Source: Dictyostelium discoideum
Taxonomy: Eukaryota
Reading direction: 5' to 3'
Length of the DNA: 64,000 nucleotides
Assembly (NCBI GenBank): GCA_000004695.1
Contig: CM000150.2
Span: forward strand, 2,752,001-2,816,000
Shown: one piece after another, positions 1 through 13,067 of the stretch
How the letters are laid out: each line of letters opens with the position of its first letter
Position numbering within the stretch: position 1 is the stretch's first letter
Made by a program: the position numbers and the translations under genes
Notes under the pieces: generated by a model
The model's database searches: none
What the model saw: the letters and a program-made list of their open reading frames with translations, nothing else
Told to the model about the DNA's origin: nothing

Positions 1-308
1 AGAATATCAATCTCATCAAGAGGAATCTCAAAGTCAAACAATCTCTCAAGAAATCCTATCAACTGAAAATCAAAAATTAAAGAAACAACTTAAAAAGAGT
101 GAATTACAAAAGATTCTTGAATTGAAAAATGAAATTAAACGTACGAAAAAAGAACATCTTCATTATAAATCATTATTACTTCAAGGTATTAATGATTTTA
201 AAACAATTGAATCTTCAATTAATAAATTTAATAAATAAATATGTAATAAAAAAAAAAAAAATAAAAAAAAAAAAAGTAATTTCTTTTTTTTTTTACCATT
301 TGTATATA

Positions 309-341
<33 letters not shown>

Positions 342-443
342 CTATAGTCTATATATATATATATATATATATTTATCTTTTTACTATTATTTATTTTCAA
401 TTATATTTACAAATTAATACATATTAGATATATGTATTATGTC

Positions 444-1027
444 TTATTTAGTTTTTTGTTTCTTTTTTGAAGATTCACCAGATTCTTCTTTTGGAGTTGT
501 TGGTGCAGTTGCAGTTGTAGAATTTGTTGATTCTTTTGATTCTTTTGATTCTTTTGATGTTGTAGTGGTTGTAGTTGAAGATGTTGATACAGCTAAAGCA
601 GCAGCATTGGTTGCAGCAGCAGCTTCATCAATTTCTTGTGGTGGTATATTTTCAGCGAAATATTCAGGTTTTCTAATGTTAATACCATATTCTCTTAATG
701 CTAATGAAAGATCATCTGTTGTTAATACTAATGCTTTATCTTTTCTAGTTTTCTCTCTTGATGTACCTTGTAATCTAATCTTACAAAATTGTAAACTATC
801 ACTTGTTACATCTGATATAAACTTTTGTGTTGCTAATGATATTAATCTTTTTATTCTTTGATCTGTACATGAAAATCCTGTTTTATTTAAATAATATGTT
901 ACAACTTCATCTGGTATCTAAAATAAATAAATAAATAAATAAATAAAAAATAAAAATTATTAATAATTTTTATTTTTCCTTTTTATTTCTTTGAATTTAT
1001 AAATAAAAAAAAAAATACAAAATACAA

Positions 1028-1063
<36 letters not shown>

Positions 1064-1176
1064 TGCATTGTTTGTATAAATATAAAGTGTGTTATTTTTG
1101 AAGGGATACATACTGTTGGGACATAGTCCTCTAAAGAGTTTATAAATTCTTCATAGTCGATTGGTTCATTTTCCAT
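444..1176 (-). CDS. taf10: TFIID subunit TAF10 (histone-fold TAF). Two exons: 1114..1176 and 444..917, with a GTATGT...TTTTAG intron.
   Basis: The minus-strand translation MENEPIDYEEFINSLEDYVPT|IPDEVVTYYLNKTGFSCTDQRIKRLISLATQKFISDVTSDSLQFCKIRLQG...LTTDDLSLALREYGINIRKPEYF aligns residue-for-residue with the conserved core of human TAF10 ([23 protein letters not shown]...LTMEDLTPALSEYGINVKKPHYF). The intron phase is consistent. The listed + ORF 439..861 is an antisense artefact. Confidence 0.8.
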
Positions 1177-1300
1177 TGTCGAATCGATAAATTTATCTAA
1201 TAAAAAAAAAAAAATCCCTCTGTTTTTATTTTTTTTTTTTTTTAAAATAAAAAAATATTAAAATAAATGAAAAAAAAAAAAAAAAATTAAAAAAATAAAA

Positions 1301-1341
<41 letters not shown>

Positions 1342-1470
1342 AATTACAAAAATATTAAAAAAAAAAAAAAAATACATTTTTCAAGTTCAAAACTTTTTTA
1401 ATAATAATAAATATAATTATAATTTTATGTAATTAATATTTATTACATATTTTATAATTATTTTTATAAA

Positions 1471-4444
1471 ATGAAAATAAATTTAAATTTATTTTTCATT
1501 GTTGTTTTATTACTTTTATTAACAACAAATTCAAATTTTATAAATGGTGAAAAGGATAACGATGATAATGAAAATAATGATAATAACAATAATAATAATA
1601 ATAACAATAATAATAATAACAATAACGAAAATACATTTGTAATTGCAAATGCAGGGGATTTAGACCCAGAAACATTAGAAAAAATTAAAAATTCATTATT
1701 TCAAATAAAACATCACCGTATTATTAGAGAAGAACCTGAGGAGGAGGAAGATGATCATCATGATCATCATGATAGTAATGATGATAATGAAGAAATAAAA
1801 ACAAATAAAAAAAGAAAAAAAGTCAATAATTTAGAACTAAGAGATCAATTTATAATTCAAGGTAGTAATATAGTTAAAGAGAAACCACCAACATCATCAA
1901 CTAAAAGGAGTGATTTAGATGATAATCATAATAATAACAATCATCATCATCTTTACCATGGTTATTATGGTGAAAATGAAGAAGATCATTCATTTTTATT
2001 TGATTTTACAAATTCAAATGTTAGACCAGATAGAGAGTTACCAGGTAGAGATTTATTAATTGAAGCACAAAGATATAGGGGATATTTATTGTATGATAAG
2101 TTAACATCACCAACTCATCCATTCAGTAATTCAATTATGATTCATGGTTTTGATTTATCAACTGATAGAGATTTATTTGAGTTTAAAGGTCAATCGAAAT
2201 TAACTCCACTTGATTCAACAAAAGCTTATCAATTATTATTAGATTCTGCAAATCAAGGTAACCATCGTGCAATGTATTTATTAGGTGTTATGAATGAAGT
2301 AAGTAAATAATAAAATAAATTAATAAATAATGATAATTTAATTATGTTAACATTTTATTATTAAATTTTAATTTTAGATTGGTGAAAATAATAATAATGG
2401 TAATATGGATTTTGTGTTGGCAGAAGAATGGTATTTGAAATCAGCAGAGTATGGTAATTCAGATGCACAAAGATCATTAGGATTTTTATATGCAACTGGA
2501 AAATTGGGATATATTGACGAGGCGAAAGCAATTTTATATTATTCATTCGCTGCAAGGTCTGGTAATATTGTGGCACAGTTGACGATGGCTTATAGGTATT
2601 TACATGGTTATGGTGTTGAAAAGAGTTGTAAGAAGTCATCAATACTCTATGACAAGGTGGCAGCAAGAGTTGTGTCAGATTATGAAATGAGGGGATTCGG
2701 TTACCAAGTGAATTCTCAAAGATTTTCAGAAGAGAGAAAGAGAACACACGGTTATCAAGAGGATAGTGATATAGTGGACTATTTGAAATACTCGTCAGAT
2801 GATCCTGTGACAATGGGTAGACTATATTTGGAGGGCAATTTAGTGCAACAGGACTTCCAATTGGCGTTCGACTACTTTAAGCGTGCTTCGTCAATGGGTC
2901 TAGCTGGCGGCTACTCTGGATTGGGTTTTATGTATAATATGGGCTATGGAGTTATACAATCAAATAAAACAGCGTTCAGCTATTATGTCAAGGCTTCGGA
3001 TTTGGGTGATAAAGATGCAAAGTCGAATCTTGCTGAACTTTATTTCTTTGGATATGGTGTTAATCAAAACACACAAAAAGCAATAGATATTTGGATGGAG
3101 AATTCTCAATATACTGTAGAAACTCATAATGCACATGCAAGTTTTAAAAAAGGTGGTAGTGGCAAGGAGACCATTGTTCAAACTCTTTATCATGCACCAT
3201 CGAATGCTCATTTGGGTAGGGTGTTTGCTTATCATGGTACCAATGGTCAAGGTCAAGGTATTGATCGTAGTAAAGCATTACATTACTTTTCACATGCAAT
3301 CTCTGCTGGTGACATTGGCTCATTCTATCATTTCTCAAAGATTCATTTAGATAAAGATCCATCCTCATGTCCATACGTTGTTCAATATATGAAAAAGATC
3401 GCTGAAAAAGGTGCATGGGCAATCATATTAACAAAGGCTCAAGATCTTTATGAAGAGGATGATACTGATCGTGCATTATTATTAAGTGAAAAAGCAGCTG
3501 AAATGGGTATTGAAATGGCTCAATTTAATTCTGCTTGGATGTATGATAAACGTTTAGGTTTATCATCATATTATAAATCATTAGAGGAACGAGAAGAAGA
3601 AGAACAAGAACAAAAACAAGAAGATAATAGTGATAAAGGTAGAATTGAAGATGAAATTGTAGATTTAATAATTGGTGAGGATAATACAAATAATAAAGAG
3701 GAAGAAGAAGAAGACCAACCAATTAATAAATTATTTAATAAAGACTTTTGGGATCAACAAGCATTTAGATATTATGATTATTCAGCGGAACAATTAAATC
3801 CATTAAGTAGAATAAAGATTGGTGATTTCTTTTATTATGGTATTGGAGTTGAAAAAAGTTTTGAATTAGCAGCAGAGAGTTATAAACAAGCAGCATCAGT
3901 CAGTCAACCAATGGCATTGTTTAATTTGGGTTATCTCTATCAATATGGTGAAGGTGTACCTCAAGATTTCTTTTTAGCAAAGAGATATTACGACCTATCA
4001 TTAACCTATCAACCAAAAGGTTATATACCTGTATATCTATCATTGATTAGTTTATTCTTTCACTTTATTTATACTTTTATTTGTTCATTATTTGATCCAT
4101 CAATTAAAATTTCCTCAACGTCACAAATTGATCCAAAAATAATTTCTCAACAAACTACAACATTAAATAGCGATAAAACAACCACCACCACCACAACAGC
4201 AGGATTTGATAATGATTTTGGTGTAGGTGGTATATTAAATAATTTTTCATTTGATAATGAACTCATTCATCAATTAGAGTCATATACAATGATATTATTT
4301 GCAATTATAATTGGTTTCCTTGTAATAAGAAGACAAAGAATCATTTTAAATCAACAAAGACATCCAATTCGTCAACAACAACCACAACAACCACAACAAC
4401 CACAACAACAAGAACAACAACAACAACAACAACAACAACAATAA
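1471..4444 (+). CDS. SEL1L/Hrd3-like Sel1-repeat ERAD membrane protein, paralogue A. Exons 1471..2298 and 2378..4444.
   Basis: It has a signal peptide, an Asn/Asp-rich low-complexity stretch and multiple Sel1 repeats (AEEWYLKSAEYGNSDAQRSLGFLYATG..., GLGFMYNMGYGV..., LFNLGYLYQYGEGVPQD). A C-terminal TM helix (LFAIIIGFLVIRRQ) is followed by a Q/P-rich tail. The intron is GTAAGT (2299)...TTTTAG (2377), phase 0, and joins ORFs 1471..2310 and 2405..4444. Confidence 0.8.
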
Positions 4445-4783
4445 ATACTTTGTATTATATAGTAAAAATATAAAGTATAAAATAACAATAATAATATAGT
4501 AATAATTAAATAAAAAAAAGATTAAATAATAAATTTTGTATTATAAAATAAAGATTCAAAACTCTTTTTTTTATTTTTTTTTTATTTTTTTATCTTTTAT
4601 TTTTTTTATTTGTCCGAATAAAATCATACTGTTTTCCAGCCGCTCTGGAATAAATGATGATCATTATTGGTCACCACTATTGGAATAATTGTTATTTTTT
4701 TTGATTAGTTTTTTCTGTTTCAATAATTGTTATTTTTTTTAAAATAGTGAACATATGTAACAAATATTATTAAATTTTTTTTT

Positions 4784-4820
<37 letters not shown>

Positions 4821-4888
4821 TGATTTTATTTAATTTAATTTTTTTATTTTAAAATGGTGAATCATCACCCTCCATAATTTTTCAATTT

Positions 4889-4929
<41 letters not shown>

Positions 4930-4996
4930 CAAAAATAATTTTTATAAATTACATATATATATAATAATAGAGAAAGAAAGAAAACACAAGTGAAGA

Positions 4997-5093
4997 ATGA
5001 AATTAAAAAATTTATTATTAATTTTATTATTCATATGTTGTATTGTAATTCAAATTCAATCTCAAAATACTAAAAATAATGAAAATGACGAGC

Positions 5094-5126
<33 letters not shown>

Positions 5127-5281
5127 TTAATAATATAGAGAATAATGATAATAATAATAATAATAATAAAGATAATATAGTTGATAAACTTTTAGATCAA
5201 AATACACTTGATACATTATTAAAATTAGTGGAAAATGATTTAGTAAAAGATAAAGAAAATGATATCACAAATAATGATATT

Positions 5282-5343
<62 letters not shown>

Positions 5344-7485
5344 TAATAATAATGATAATATTAACAAAAATAAAAATAAAAATAAAAATAAAAATAAAAA
5401 TAAAATAAAAGATGACATCGAAACATATATAGACGGTGAAGAAGATGAAGAAACAAAGAAGAATAATAATAATAAATTAAAAAATGAAAATGAAAATGAA
5501 AATAGTAATATTAATTTTAATCAATTTATGACATTTCAACAAATTGAACTCGATCCAAATGGTAACATTATAATTAATATGGTACCAAATCAACCACAAA
5601 AACAACTTATAATTAATGATGATAATAGCAATAATCTACAACAACAAGAACAACAACAACAACAACAACAACAACAAGAACAACAAGAACAAGAACAACA
5701 ACAAGAACAACAACAAGAACAACAACAACAACAAATATTAAGACAAAAACAATTTCAATTAGAACAACAAATTCTAAAACAACAAATTCTAAAACAATTT
5801 GTAACAACATTTAATCAAGATGATTTTTTATTTGGAAATGATATAGAGACTACATTTGATAAGAAAACTAAATTACCAATAGCTGATTCAGAATTACCAG
5901 GTAGAGATTTAGTAATTATGGCACAAAAACATAGAGGTTATCTATTGTATGATCAAAAATCTGCTGTTAAAACACATAGATATAGTAATTCAATCATGAT
6001 TTATAATTTCGATCAATCTCCAAATCGTGATATTTTCGAATTTGTTGGTGAAACACCAATTACAACTTTAAATCCAACAAAAGCTTATCAATTATTAATT
6101 GATGCTGCAAATCAAGGTAATCATCGTGCAATGAATTTATTAGGTTCAATGAATGAAGTAAGTAAATAAAATAATAAAATAAAGTAAAATGAAATATAAA
6201 AAATAGCAAATAAATGTTAACATTTTATTTAATATTTAAATTTTAGATTGGTGAAATTAATAATGGTAAAATTAATTTTACATTAGCAGAAGAATGGTAT
6301 TTGAAATCAGCAGAGTATGGTAATTCAGATGCACAAAGATCATTAGGATTTTTATATGCAACTGGAAAGTTGGGATATATTGACGAGGCGAAAGCAATTT
6401 TATATTATTCATTCGCTGCAAGATCTGGTAATATTGTGGCACAGTTAATTATGGCTTATAGGTATTTACATGGTTATGGTGTTGAAAAGAGTTGTAAGAA
6501 ATCATCAATACTCTATGGTAGAGTCAATGAAAAGGTTATCTCTGATTATGAGAGAAGAGGATTCGGTTACAATATTCATAGTCAAAGGTTATCAGAAGAG
6601 TATGAAAAGAAATCAACAGGTTATGCAAGTGAAGAGAATGATATATTGGAATTCTTTCGTTACTCTGCTGAAATGGGTGATGTGGCTTCGTTGATTACAA
6701 TGGCAAGATTATCATTAGAGGGTAGTTTAATGAATCAAGATTTCAGATTGGCAATTGACTATTTTAAACAAGCGATTGATGAAGATGAGCTCGACCAAAC
6801 TACAGCTGAGGGATACGCAGGGTTGGGTTTTATGTATGAGAAAGGTTATGGAGTGGAGCAAGATAATAAAACCGCTGTTGAATATTATACAAAGGCTGTG
6901 AATAATGGTGATAGGGAATCAAGATGGAGGTTAGCTCAACATTTTCTATTTGGTAGTGGTGGTGTTAAACAAGATACTCAAAAAGCATTGGAACTATTTG
7001 AAAGTATTTCCATTGAAATGATAGTTCAGGACGAGGAAGGAAATCAAGTGAAAATGGCACCCGTTAATGAAGCATTATGCTGGTTGGGTAAAATCTATTC
7101 CTATGGTTTGGGTGGTGTCACTATTAATCGTGTAAAAGCTTCCCATTATTTATCTCGTGCTGTTGCTGGTGGTGATGTTGAAGCACATTATCATTTCGCT
7201 ACAATTCATTTGGAGAATGATGAGTCTACTTGTCCTGTGGTTGTAACTCATTTGAAAATGGTCGCTGAAAAAGGTCCTTGGTCAATGATACTCTCAAATG
7301 CTCAAGATCTTTATGATGAAGATGATACAAGTCGTGCATTATTATTAAGTGAAAAAGCAGCTGAAATGGGTATTGAAGCAGCCCAATTCAATGCAGCTTG
7401 GATGTACGACAAACGTTATGGTTTATCAGAATATTATAAATCTAATGATGAAGAAATTGAAGAAACAACCAATGGAATAGATAAC

Positions 7486-7535
<50 letters not shown>

Positions 7536-8268
7536 TAAAAATTCAATTTATATTAATAATTTATTTAATGATGAATTTTTTATTCAACAAGCTTTAAGAT
7601 TATTTTATTACTCTGCAGAACAACAAAATGCATTATCTCATATTAAAATTGGTGATTATTTTTATTATGGAGTTGGTGTTGAAAAGAATTTAGAATCATC
7701 AGCTGAAAGTTATCAAATCGCAGCAAATTTATATCATCCACAAGGTTTATTCAATTTAGGTTATCTTTATCAATGGGGTCAAGGTGTACCACAAGATTTA
7801 TATTTAGCAAAACGTTATTATGATATGTCATTAACAATTAAACCTGAACATAATAAACAAGGCTATGATGGTTACTATGGTTACATTCCAGTTTATTTAA
7901 GTTTAACTGGTTTATTATTTCATTTTATTTACCTTTATTTTTTATCTTTCTTTGATTCATCAGTTCAAATTTCAAATTCATTCAATAATAATAATATGAT
8001 TCATCCAATTGTTGAATCACCACCACCATCAACATCAACAACCGCTTCTTCGTCATCAAATAATGATGGTACCTCAAGTTTTTCTTCAATTGGTTCAACT
8101 TTTAATGAAATTAGATATGCATTGGATAATGAAGTAGTTCAAACTTTAGAAACTTATCTAATGGTTATATTTGCAATTGTTATTGGTTATTTAGTTGTAA
8201 GAAGACAAGGTATACTTTTAAGACAAAATAATAATAGAAGACCACTTAATCAACAACCACAACAATAA
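4997..8268 (+). CDS. SEL1L/Hrd3-like Sel1-repeat protein, paralogue B, a tandem duplicate of the upstream gene. Exons 4997..6157 and 6247..8268.
   Basis: It has the same architecture and the same intron position (GTAAGT at 6158, TTTTAG ending 6246). The exon junction motif ...NQGNHRAMxLLGxMNE|IGE... is conserved between the two genes. Sel1 repeats, a C-terminal TM helix and a Q-rich tail are present. The N-terminal low-complexity (N/Q-rich) region has diverged. Confidence 0.8.
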
Positions 8269-8642
8269 TAATAGTAATAATAATTTTTTTTTTTATTTTT
8301 ATAAAAAATAAATAAAAAACTGTTTAAAATAATAATCTAATGTTTCGATTTCTAATTTTCTTTCGATCTCAAAATGATAATCTGTTTGGATATTTTTTTA
8401 TTTTATTTATTTATTTTCAAATCAAACATTTCACATATTTAGGTTGGTGAAAAATTAAAAATTAAATCAAATGGAAAATAGTAGTGTAAAAAATAATAAA
8501 AAATCTAATAGATTAAGTCGTATTATTTTTAATTTTTAAATTAAATGAAAAAAATAAAGTGAAAAAAAAAAAATCAATATGTTATAATTGGTTTAAAATA
8601 AAAATTTATTAATTAAAAAAATTAAGCATTGTTCATTAGAGA

Positions 8643-8996
8643 TCAAATAAAATTTAGTAATTGATCTCTTTCTAAATCTAATATTTGATTATCATTATCA
8701 TTATCATTATTGATATCATTATCATTATTATTTTCATTTTCATTTCCTTCATTTTGATTTTGATTTAGATTTTGATTATTAAAATAAAAACCTGGAATAC
8801 TATGTAATATAGATAAACCTATAATGTTAACTTCTTGTTCATTTTCATCTGTTTTGTCTGTTTCTTCTGTTTCTTCATCATCATATTGATTTATTGAAGT
8901 GTTATGCAAATAACTTATGAAAAATACAGAAAGTTTTAATCTTTCCAAAGTACTTGAAGAGTTCCAACCTAAATTGATTAAAAACCAAAAACACAT
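8643..8996 (-). CDS. Hypothetical acidic, Asn-rich small protein. It may be the last exon of a larger minus-strand gene that extends to about 9400.
   Basis: This is a 117-aa ORF only. Upstream on the same strand are further stop-bounded coding-like pieces (YTGEPLKILTLKKKPKNEFLSNDDIL; EFGDTGVKFEMGANLINGKTMWAAGPFKSPSDFKNYRKKLDKIPLKEG). I could not place any of them in a protein family. Confidence 0.25.
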   Translation of the reverse strand: MCFWFLINLGWNSSSTLERLKLSVFFISYLHNTSINQYDDEETEETDKTDENEQEVNIIGLSILHSIPGFYFNNQNLNQNQNEGNENENNNDNDINNDNDNDNQILDLERDQLLNFI

Positions 8997-10053
8997 TTTG
9001 AATAATTATTCTGTATCTTTTAATCCAATTATTTCATAAAATATCATCATTACTCAAAAATTCATTTTTAGGTTTCTTTTTTAAAGTTAAAATTTTTAAA
9101 GGCTCTCCTGTATACCCTAAATTTAAATGATTAGAAATTAATTTTTATTATTTTTTTTTTTTCCTGTTTAAAAAAAGTGATTTATTTAATTTAGCTTTAT
9201 TTCCAATAAACCTTTCAACCTTCTTTTAAAGGTATTTTATCTAATTTCTTCCTATAATTTTTAAAATCTGATGGTGATTTAAAAGGTCCTGCAGCCCACA
9301 TTGTTTTCCCATTTATTAAATTAGCACCCATTTCAAATTTTACACCAGTGTCACCAAACTCCCCCCTTTCTTCTCATAAATATAATTCCACCTTTTTTTT
9401 TTTTTTTTTTTTATAAAAAAATACTTTTTTATAATTTTAATAAAAACAAAGAGAATAAATCAATTCAAAAAAAATAATGGTAAAAAATCAAAACTAAAAA
9501 AAGACAAAAGAAGCACCTGTAGAAAAACAAAGAGCAAAATAATGTAATGATATTGTATTTTTGATTTTTTTTTTTTTTTTTTGGAAACCATTTTTATTTT
9601 TGGTGGTATAAAATTAATTTTTTTTTTCCCACTTTTTTCATTTTAGCCCGCCTGATTTAATATGTGAAATGATTTTTTTGAAAAAAATAAAAAAATGTGA
9701 ACAATACTATGAAATAAAAGAATATTTTTCAAAAAAAAAAGCTTTAGAATTTTAAAAAGTTCAAAATGTTGTTGTCATATGATGTTTACTTATTTTCGGT
9801 TGTTTTTTCTATTTTTAATTTCGATTTCTTTTTTTTTTTTTTAATTTATAATATTTGCAAAAAAAAAAAAAAAAATGATTAAATTTGAAAAATACCACAC
9901 TATTGTATTAGTTAGTGTAATTCTTTTTTTTTTTTATTTTTAATTTTTTAAAAATTTGTTGGGTTTCAGATATTTTCATACCTCAAGATCTCGAAAAAAA
10001 TGCGATCAAAAAAAAAAAAAATAAAAATAATAATAAAAATTTGATTAAATTTT

Positions 10054-10299
10054 AAAATCCACAACTACCAATCAAATTTTTTTTTTTTTTTTTTTTTAGA
10101 TACGAAAGATTTTAGTGATTTTTTTATATATATTTAACTGCTTTATAGACAATTCCCTAACGAGATACTTTGAATATTATTTTATTTTAATTTAATTGTT
10201 TTTTTTTTTTTTTTTCTTTTTCTATAAATTGATCACTTTTTTTTTTTATTCAAATCATTAAATTATAATTCTCAGAACAAATATTTATTAAAAAAAAAA
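10054..10299 (+). promoter_or_regulatory. Conserved promoter block of the duplicated small-membrane-protein genes. It contains a CCAAT box and the TATA-like motif TCTATAAATTGATC.
   Basis: The motif aaaatccacaactaCCAATcaaatttt...gaaagattttagtgatttttttatata...aactgct...gCCAATgag...tctataaattgatc...atcattaaattataatt recurs at 11440-11640 (partial) and 12105-12360. Confidence 0.45.
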
Positions 10300-11015
10300 A
10301 TGGTAGTTCAATTAACACTTGTAGGAGTTGCTGCTGCAGTAGGTATTGCTGCTGGTGTAGTTACTATTGGAACAACATTAGTAGACAAGATCAAAGGTTT
10401 CCTTCCAAATAATGAGGCTGATAGGAAAGAGGTTAAATACTTATCATTCAAAGATGATCAACCAACAAATGGTTTTAGATTGTAAGACATTAATATATTT
10501 TTTTTTAATAATTTTTTAAATTTTATTAATAAATTTTTTTTTTTTTTAATTTTGAATTAGGATTCTTGTAAATGAAAGTACTGGATGGAATAAAGCTGTT
10601 CGTATCTACACAAATCCAGGTGGTTCTGATTACCAAGAGGTAAAAGCTGGTGATTCAACTGGTACAGTTTGTAAAGGTAATATGCATCTTAAGTATGATA
10701 CTAAAAGAGTTAATTTCCCAACAGATAAAGATTACATTACTTTGAATCTTATGAAACCAGGAGCATTTGGTATTTATTCAACAGTAGACGAAATTAGAAT
10801 TTACAAAGACAAGTTTGCTGATTATGATGGTACTACCTTTGTTGTATATTGGCAAAATGATACATCTGGAGTAAGTTAATTTTTATTTTTATAATTTTGA
10901 CAATTTAAAAAAAAAAAAAAAAAAATAATATAAATTTTTAATTTTAACCAACCATTTTTATTTAATAGTATTTCAATAATATAAACAATTGGGTGAGTCC
11001 AGCTGATATGTAAAA
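10300..11015 (+). CDS. Small single-pass membrane-anchored protein of unknown family, about 178 aa, copy 1. Exons 10300..10481, 10561..10870 and 10971..11015.
   Basis: Exon 1 encodes a hydrophobic N-terminal helix (MVVQLTLVGVAAAVGIAAGVVTIGTTLV) and ends in phase 2 at GTAAGA. Exon 2 (ILVNESTGWNKAVRIYTNPGG...VVYWQNDTSG) ends at GTAAGT. The 15-codon exon 3 reads YFNNINNWVSPADM*. The paralogue at 12361 has the same exon structure with amino-acid substitutions and intact frames, which supports real coding exons. Confidence 0.6.
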
Positions 11016-11540
11016 ATACACATCACTCACATACCAATCATTTTATAAAAATTTTATAAGTTTGGTAAATTAATTCAATTAAAAGAAATTTATATTCGAA
11101 ATATTTTAATTTTTTATTTTTTTTTATAATATTGAGTAAATATTTTTAAAATATCAAATAAAACTTTCAAAACAAATATTATTTTTTAATTTTTAAAATT
11201 ATTTTTAAAAAAAGCTTTTTTTTTTTTTTTTTTTAAATGTTTTAAATAAAAAGAAATCAAAAAAAATAAAAACCATTGCCAAAAAAATCGATCAAATAAA
11301 AAAAAATCTTTTTTTTTATTTTTTTTTATTTCCGACACACAAAAAAAAAAAAAAAAGATGTTTTTTATTTTAATTAAAATCACAAAACTGATCAAATTTT
11401 ATTTTATATAATTTTTTTTTTATTTTTTTTTTTGGAAATGAAAGATTTTAGTAATTTTTTTATACGTTTAACTATTTTAAAGATAATCCCTCAAATTAAA
11501 GTTTTTGTAAGTTGCCAATGAGTTACTTTAATATTATTAT

Positions 11541-11573
<33 letters not shown>

Positions 11574-11640
11574 CATTTTATTTTATATATTCTTTTTTTT
11601 TTTTTTATTTTTTTTTTTTTAAAATGATTAAATTATAATT

Positions 11641-11770
11641 TTCAAAGCAAATATTTATTATAGAATGGTAGTTCAGTTGTAGGAGTTGCAGCAGTCATAG
11701 GTATTGCTGCTGGTGTAATTAGTATTGGAACAACATTAGTAGACAAGATCAAAGGCTTCCTTCCAAATAA
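11641..11770 (+). pseudogene. Truncated, disrupted copy of exon 1 of the small-membrane-protein gene (ATGGTAGTTCAGTTGTAG...).
   Basis: It aligns to 10300-10420, but a 6-bp deletion creates an in-frame TAG at codon 6. No exon 2 or 3 follows. The cognate promoter block lies upstream at 11440-11530. Confidence 0.5.
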
Positions 11771-12254
11771 TAATATGATTTTCTTTTTTTTTTATTTTTT
11801 TTTTTTTTTTGAAAAATCATAAATATTTTTTGAAAAAAATTTTTAACAAATTAATAAATAATTATAATTTAATCAAAATGGCTTTTTTTTTTTTTTTTCT
11901 TGTTTTTTTATTTTTTTTATTTATATTCTTTCATTGAAATCCAAAAAAAAAAAAATAAAAAACATTTGCTTTTCATTGAGATAATGATCAAAATAAAAAA
12001 AAAATTGTTTTTTTTTATAACACACAAAAAAAAAAAAAAAGAATTAAAAATAAAAAAAAATCAATTTAAATAAACCAACAGGATGTTTTTTTTTTTTTAT
12101 TTTTAAAATCTACAACCACCAATCAAATTTTTTTTTTTGGAAATAAAAGATTTTGGTGATTTTTTTATATAATTAACTGCTATAAAGTTAATCCTCAGAA
12201 ATTAAAAGTTTTTGTAATTTGCCAATGAGATAATTTTAATTTTAATTAAATTAT

Positions 12255-12288
<34 letters not shown>

Positions 12289-12360
12289 CTATAAATTGAT
12301 CTTTTTTTTTTTTTTCAAATCATTAAATTATAATTTTCAAAACAAATATTTATTAAAAAA

Positions 12361-13067
12361 ATGGTAGTTCAATTAACAGTTGTAGGAGTTGCCGCAGCCA
12401 TAGGTATTGCTGCTGGTGTAGTTAGTATTGGAACAACATTAGTAGACAAGATCAAAGGTTTCCTTCCAAATAATGAGGCTGATAGAAAAGAAGTTAAATA
12501 TTTATCATTCAAAGATGGTCAACCAACAAATGGTTTTAGACTGTAAGTTATCATTATTATTTTTTAATGGTTTTACAATTTTATTAATTATTTTTTATTT
12601 TTTATTTTAATTAGAATTCTTGTAAATGAAAAAACTGGTTGGAATAAAGCTGTTCGTATCTACACAAATCCAGGTGGTGCTGATTACCAAGAGGTAAAAG
12701 CTGGTGATTCAACTGGTACAGTTTGTAAAGGTAATATGCATCTTAAGTATGATACTAAAAGAGTTAATTTCCCAACAAATAAGGAATACATTACTTTGAA
12801 TCTTATGAAACCAGGTGCATTGGGTATTTACTCAACAGTAGACGAAATTAGAATTTACAAAGACAAATTTGCTGACTATAATGGTACTACCTTTGTTGTA
12901 TATTGGCAAAATGATACATCTGGAGTAAGTTAATTTTTAATTTTATCATATTTAATAATTATAAAAAAAAAAAAAAAAAAAACAATTGAATTTTTAATTT
13001 TAACAAATCTTTTTTAATAGTATTTCAATGATATCAAGAATTGGGTAAGTCCAGCTGATATGTAAAT
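12361..13067 (+). CDS. Small single-pass membrane-anchored protein, copy 2. Exons 12361..12542, 12615..12924 and 13023..13067.
   Basis: It is about 94% identical in protein to copy 1. The intron positions are conserved and exon 3 reads YFNDIKNWVSPADM*. Confidence 0.6.

Noticed and set aside
129-347. ORF of 72 aa rich in K/N/I
   Set aside because: It reads through poly(A) and (AT)n tracts and has no complexity. This is typical intergenic noise.
439-861. + strand ORF of 140 aa (MSYLVFCFFFEDSPDSS…)
   Set aside because: It is antisense to the well-supported TAF10 exon 2. Its composition is driven by the complement of Ala/Thr/Ser codons.
2361-3722. Several minus-strand and alternative-frame ORFs (2361..2813, 2960..3256, 3129..3350, 3144..3422, 3525..3722) overlapping the SEL1L-like gene
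   Set aside because: They overlap a coding exon with strong Sel1-repeat homology on the + strand and have no homology or coding-like composition of their own.
4620-4700. GC-richer patch in the 3' flank of SEL1L paralogue A (gtccgaataaaatcatactgttttccagccgctctgg…) as a tRNA or ncRNA
   Set aside because: It has no tRNA-like T-loop (GTTCRANYC) or cloverleaf. It is most likely 3' UTR sequence.
5197-5810. Minus-strand poly-Leu/poly-Val ORFs (5197..5418, 5613..5810)
   Set aside because: They are antisense translations of (AAT)n/(CAA)n coding repeats in the SEL1L paralogue B gene.
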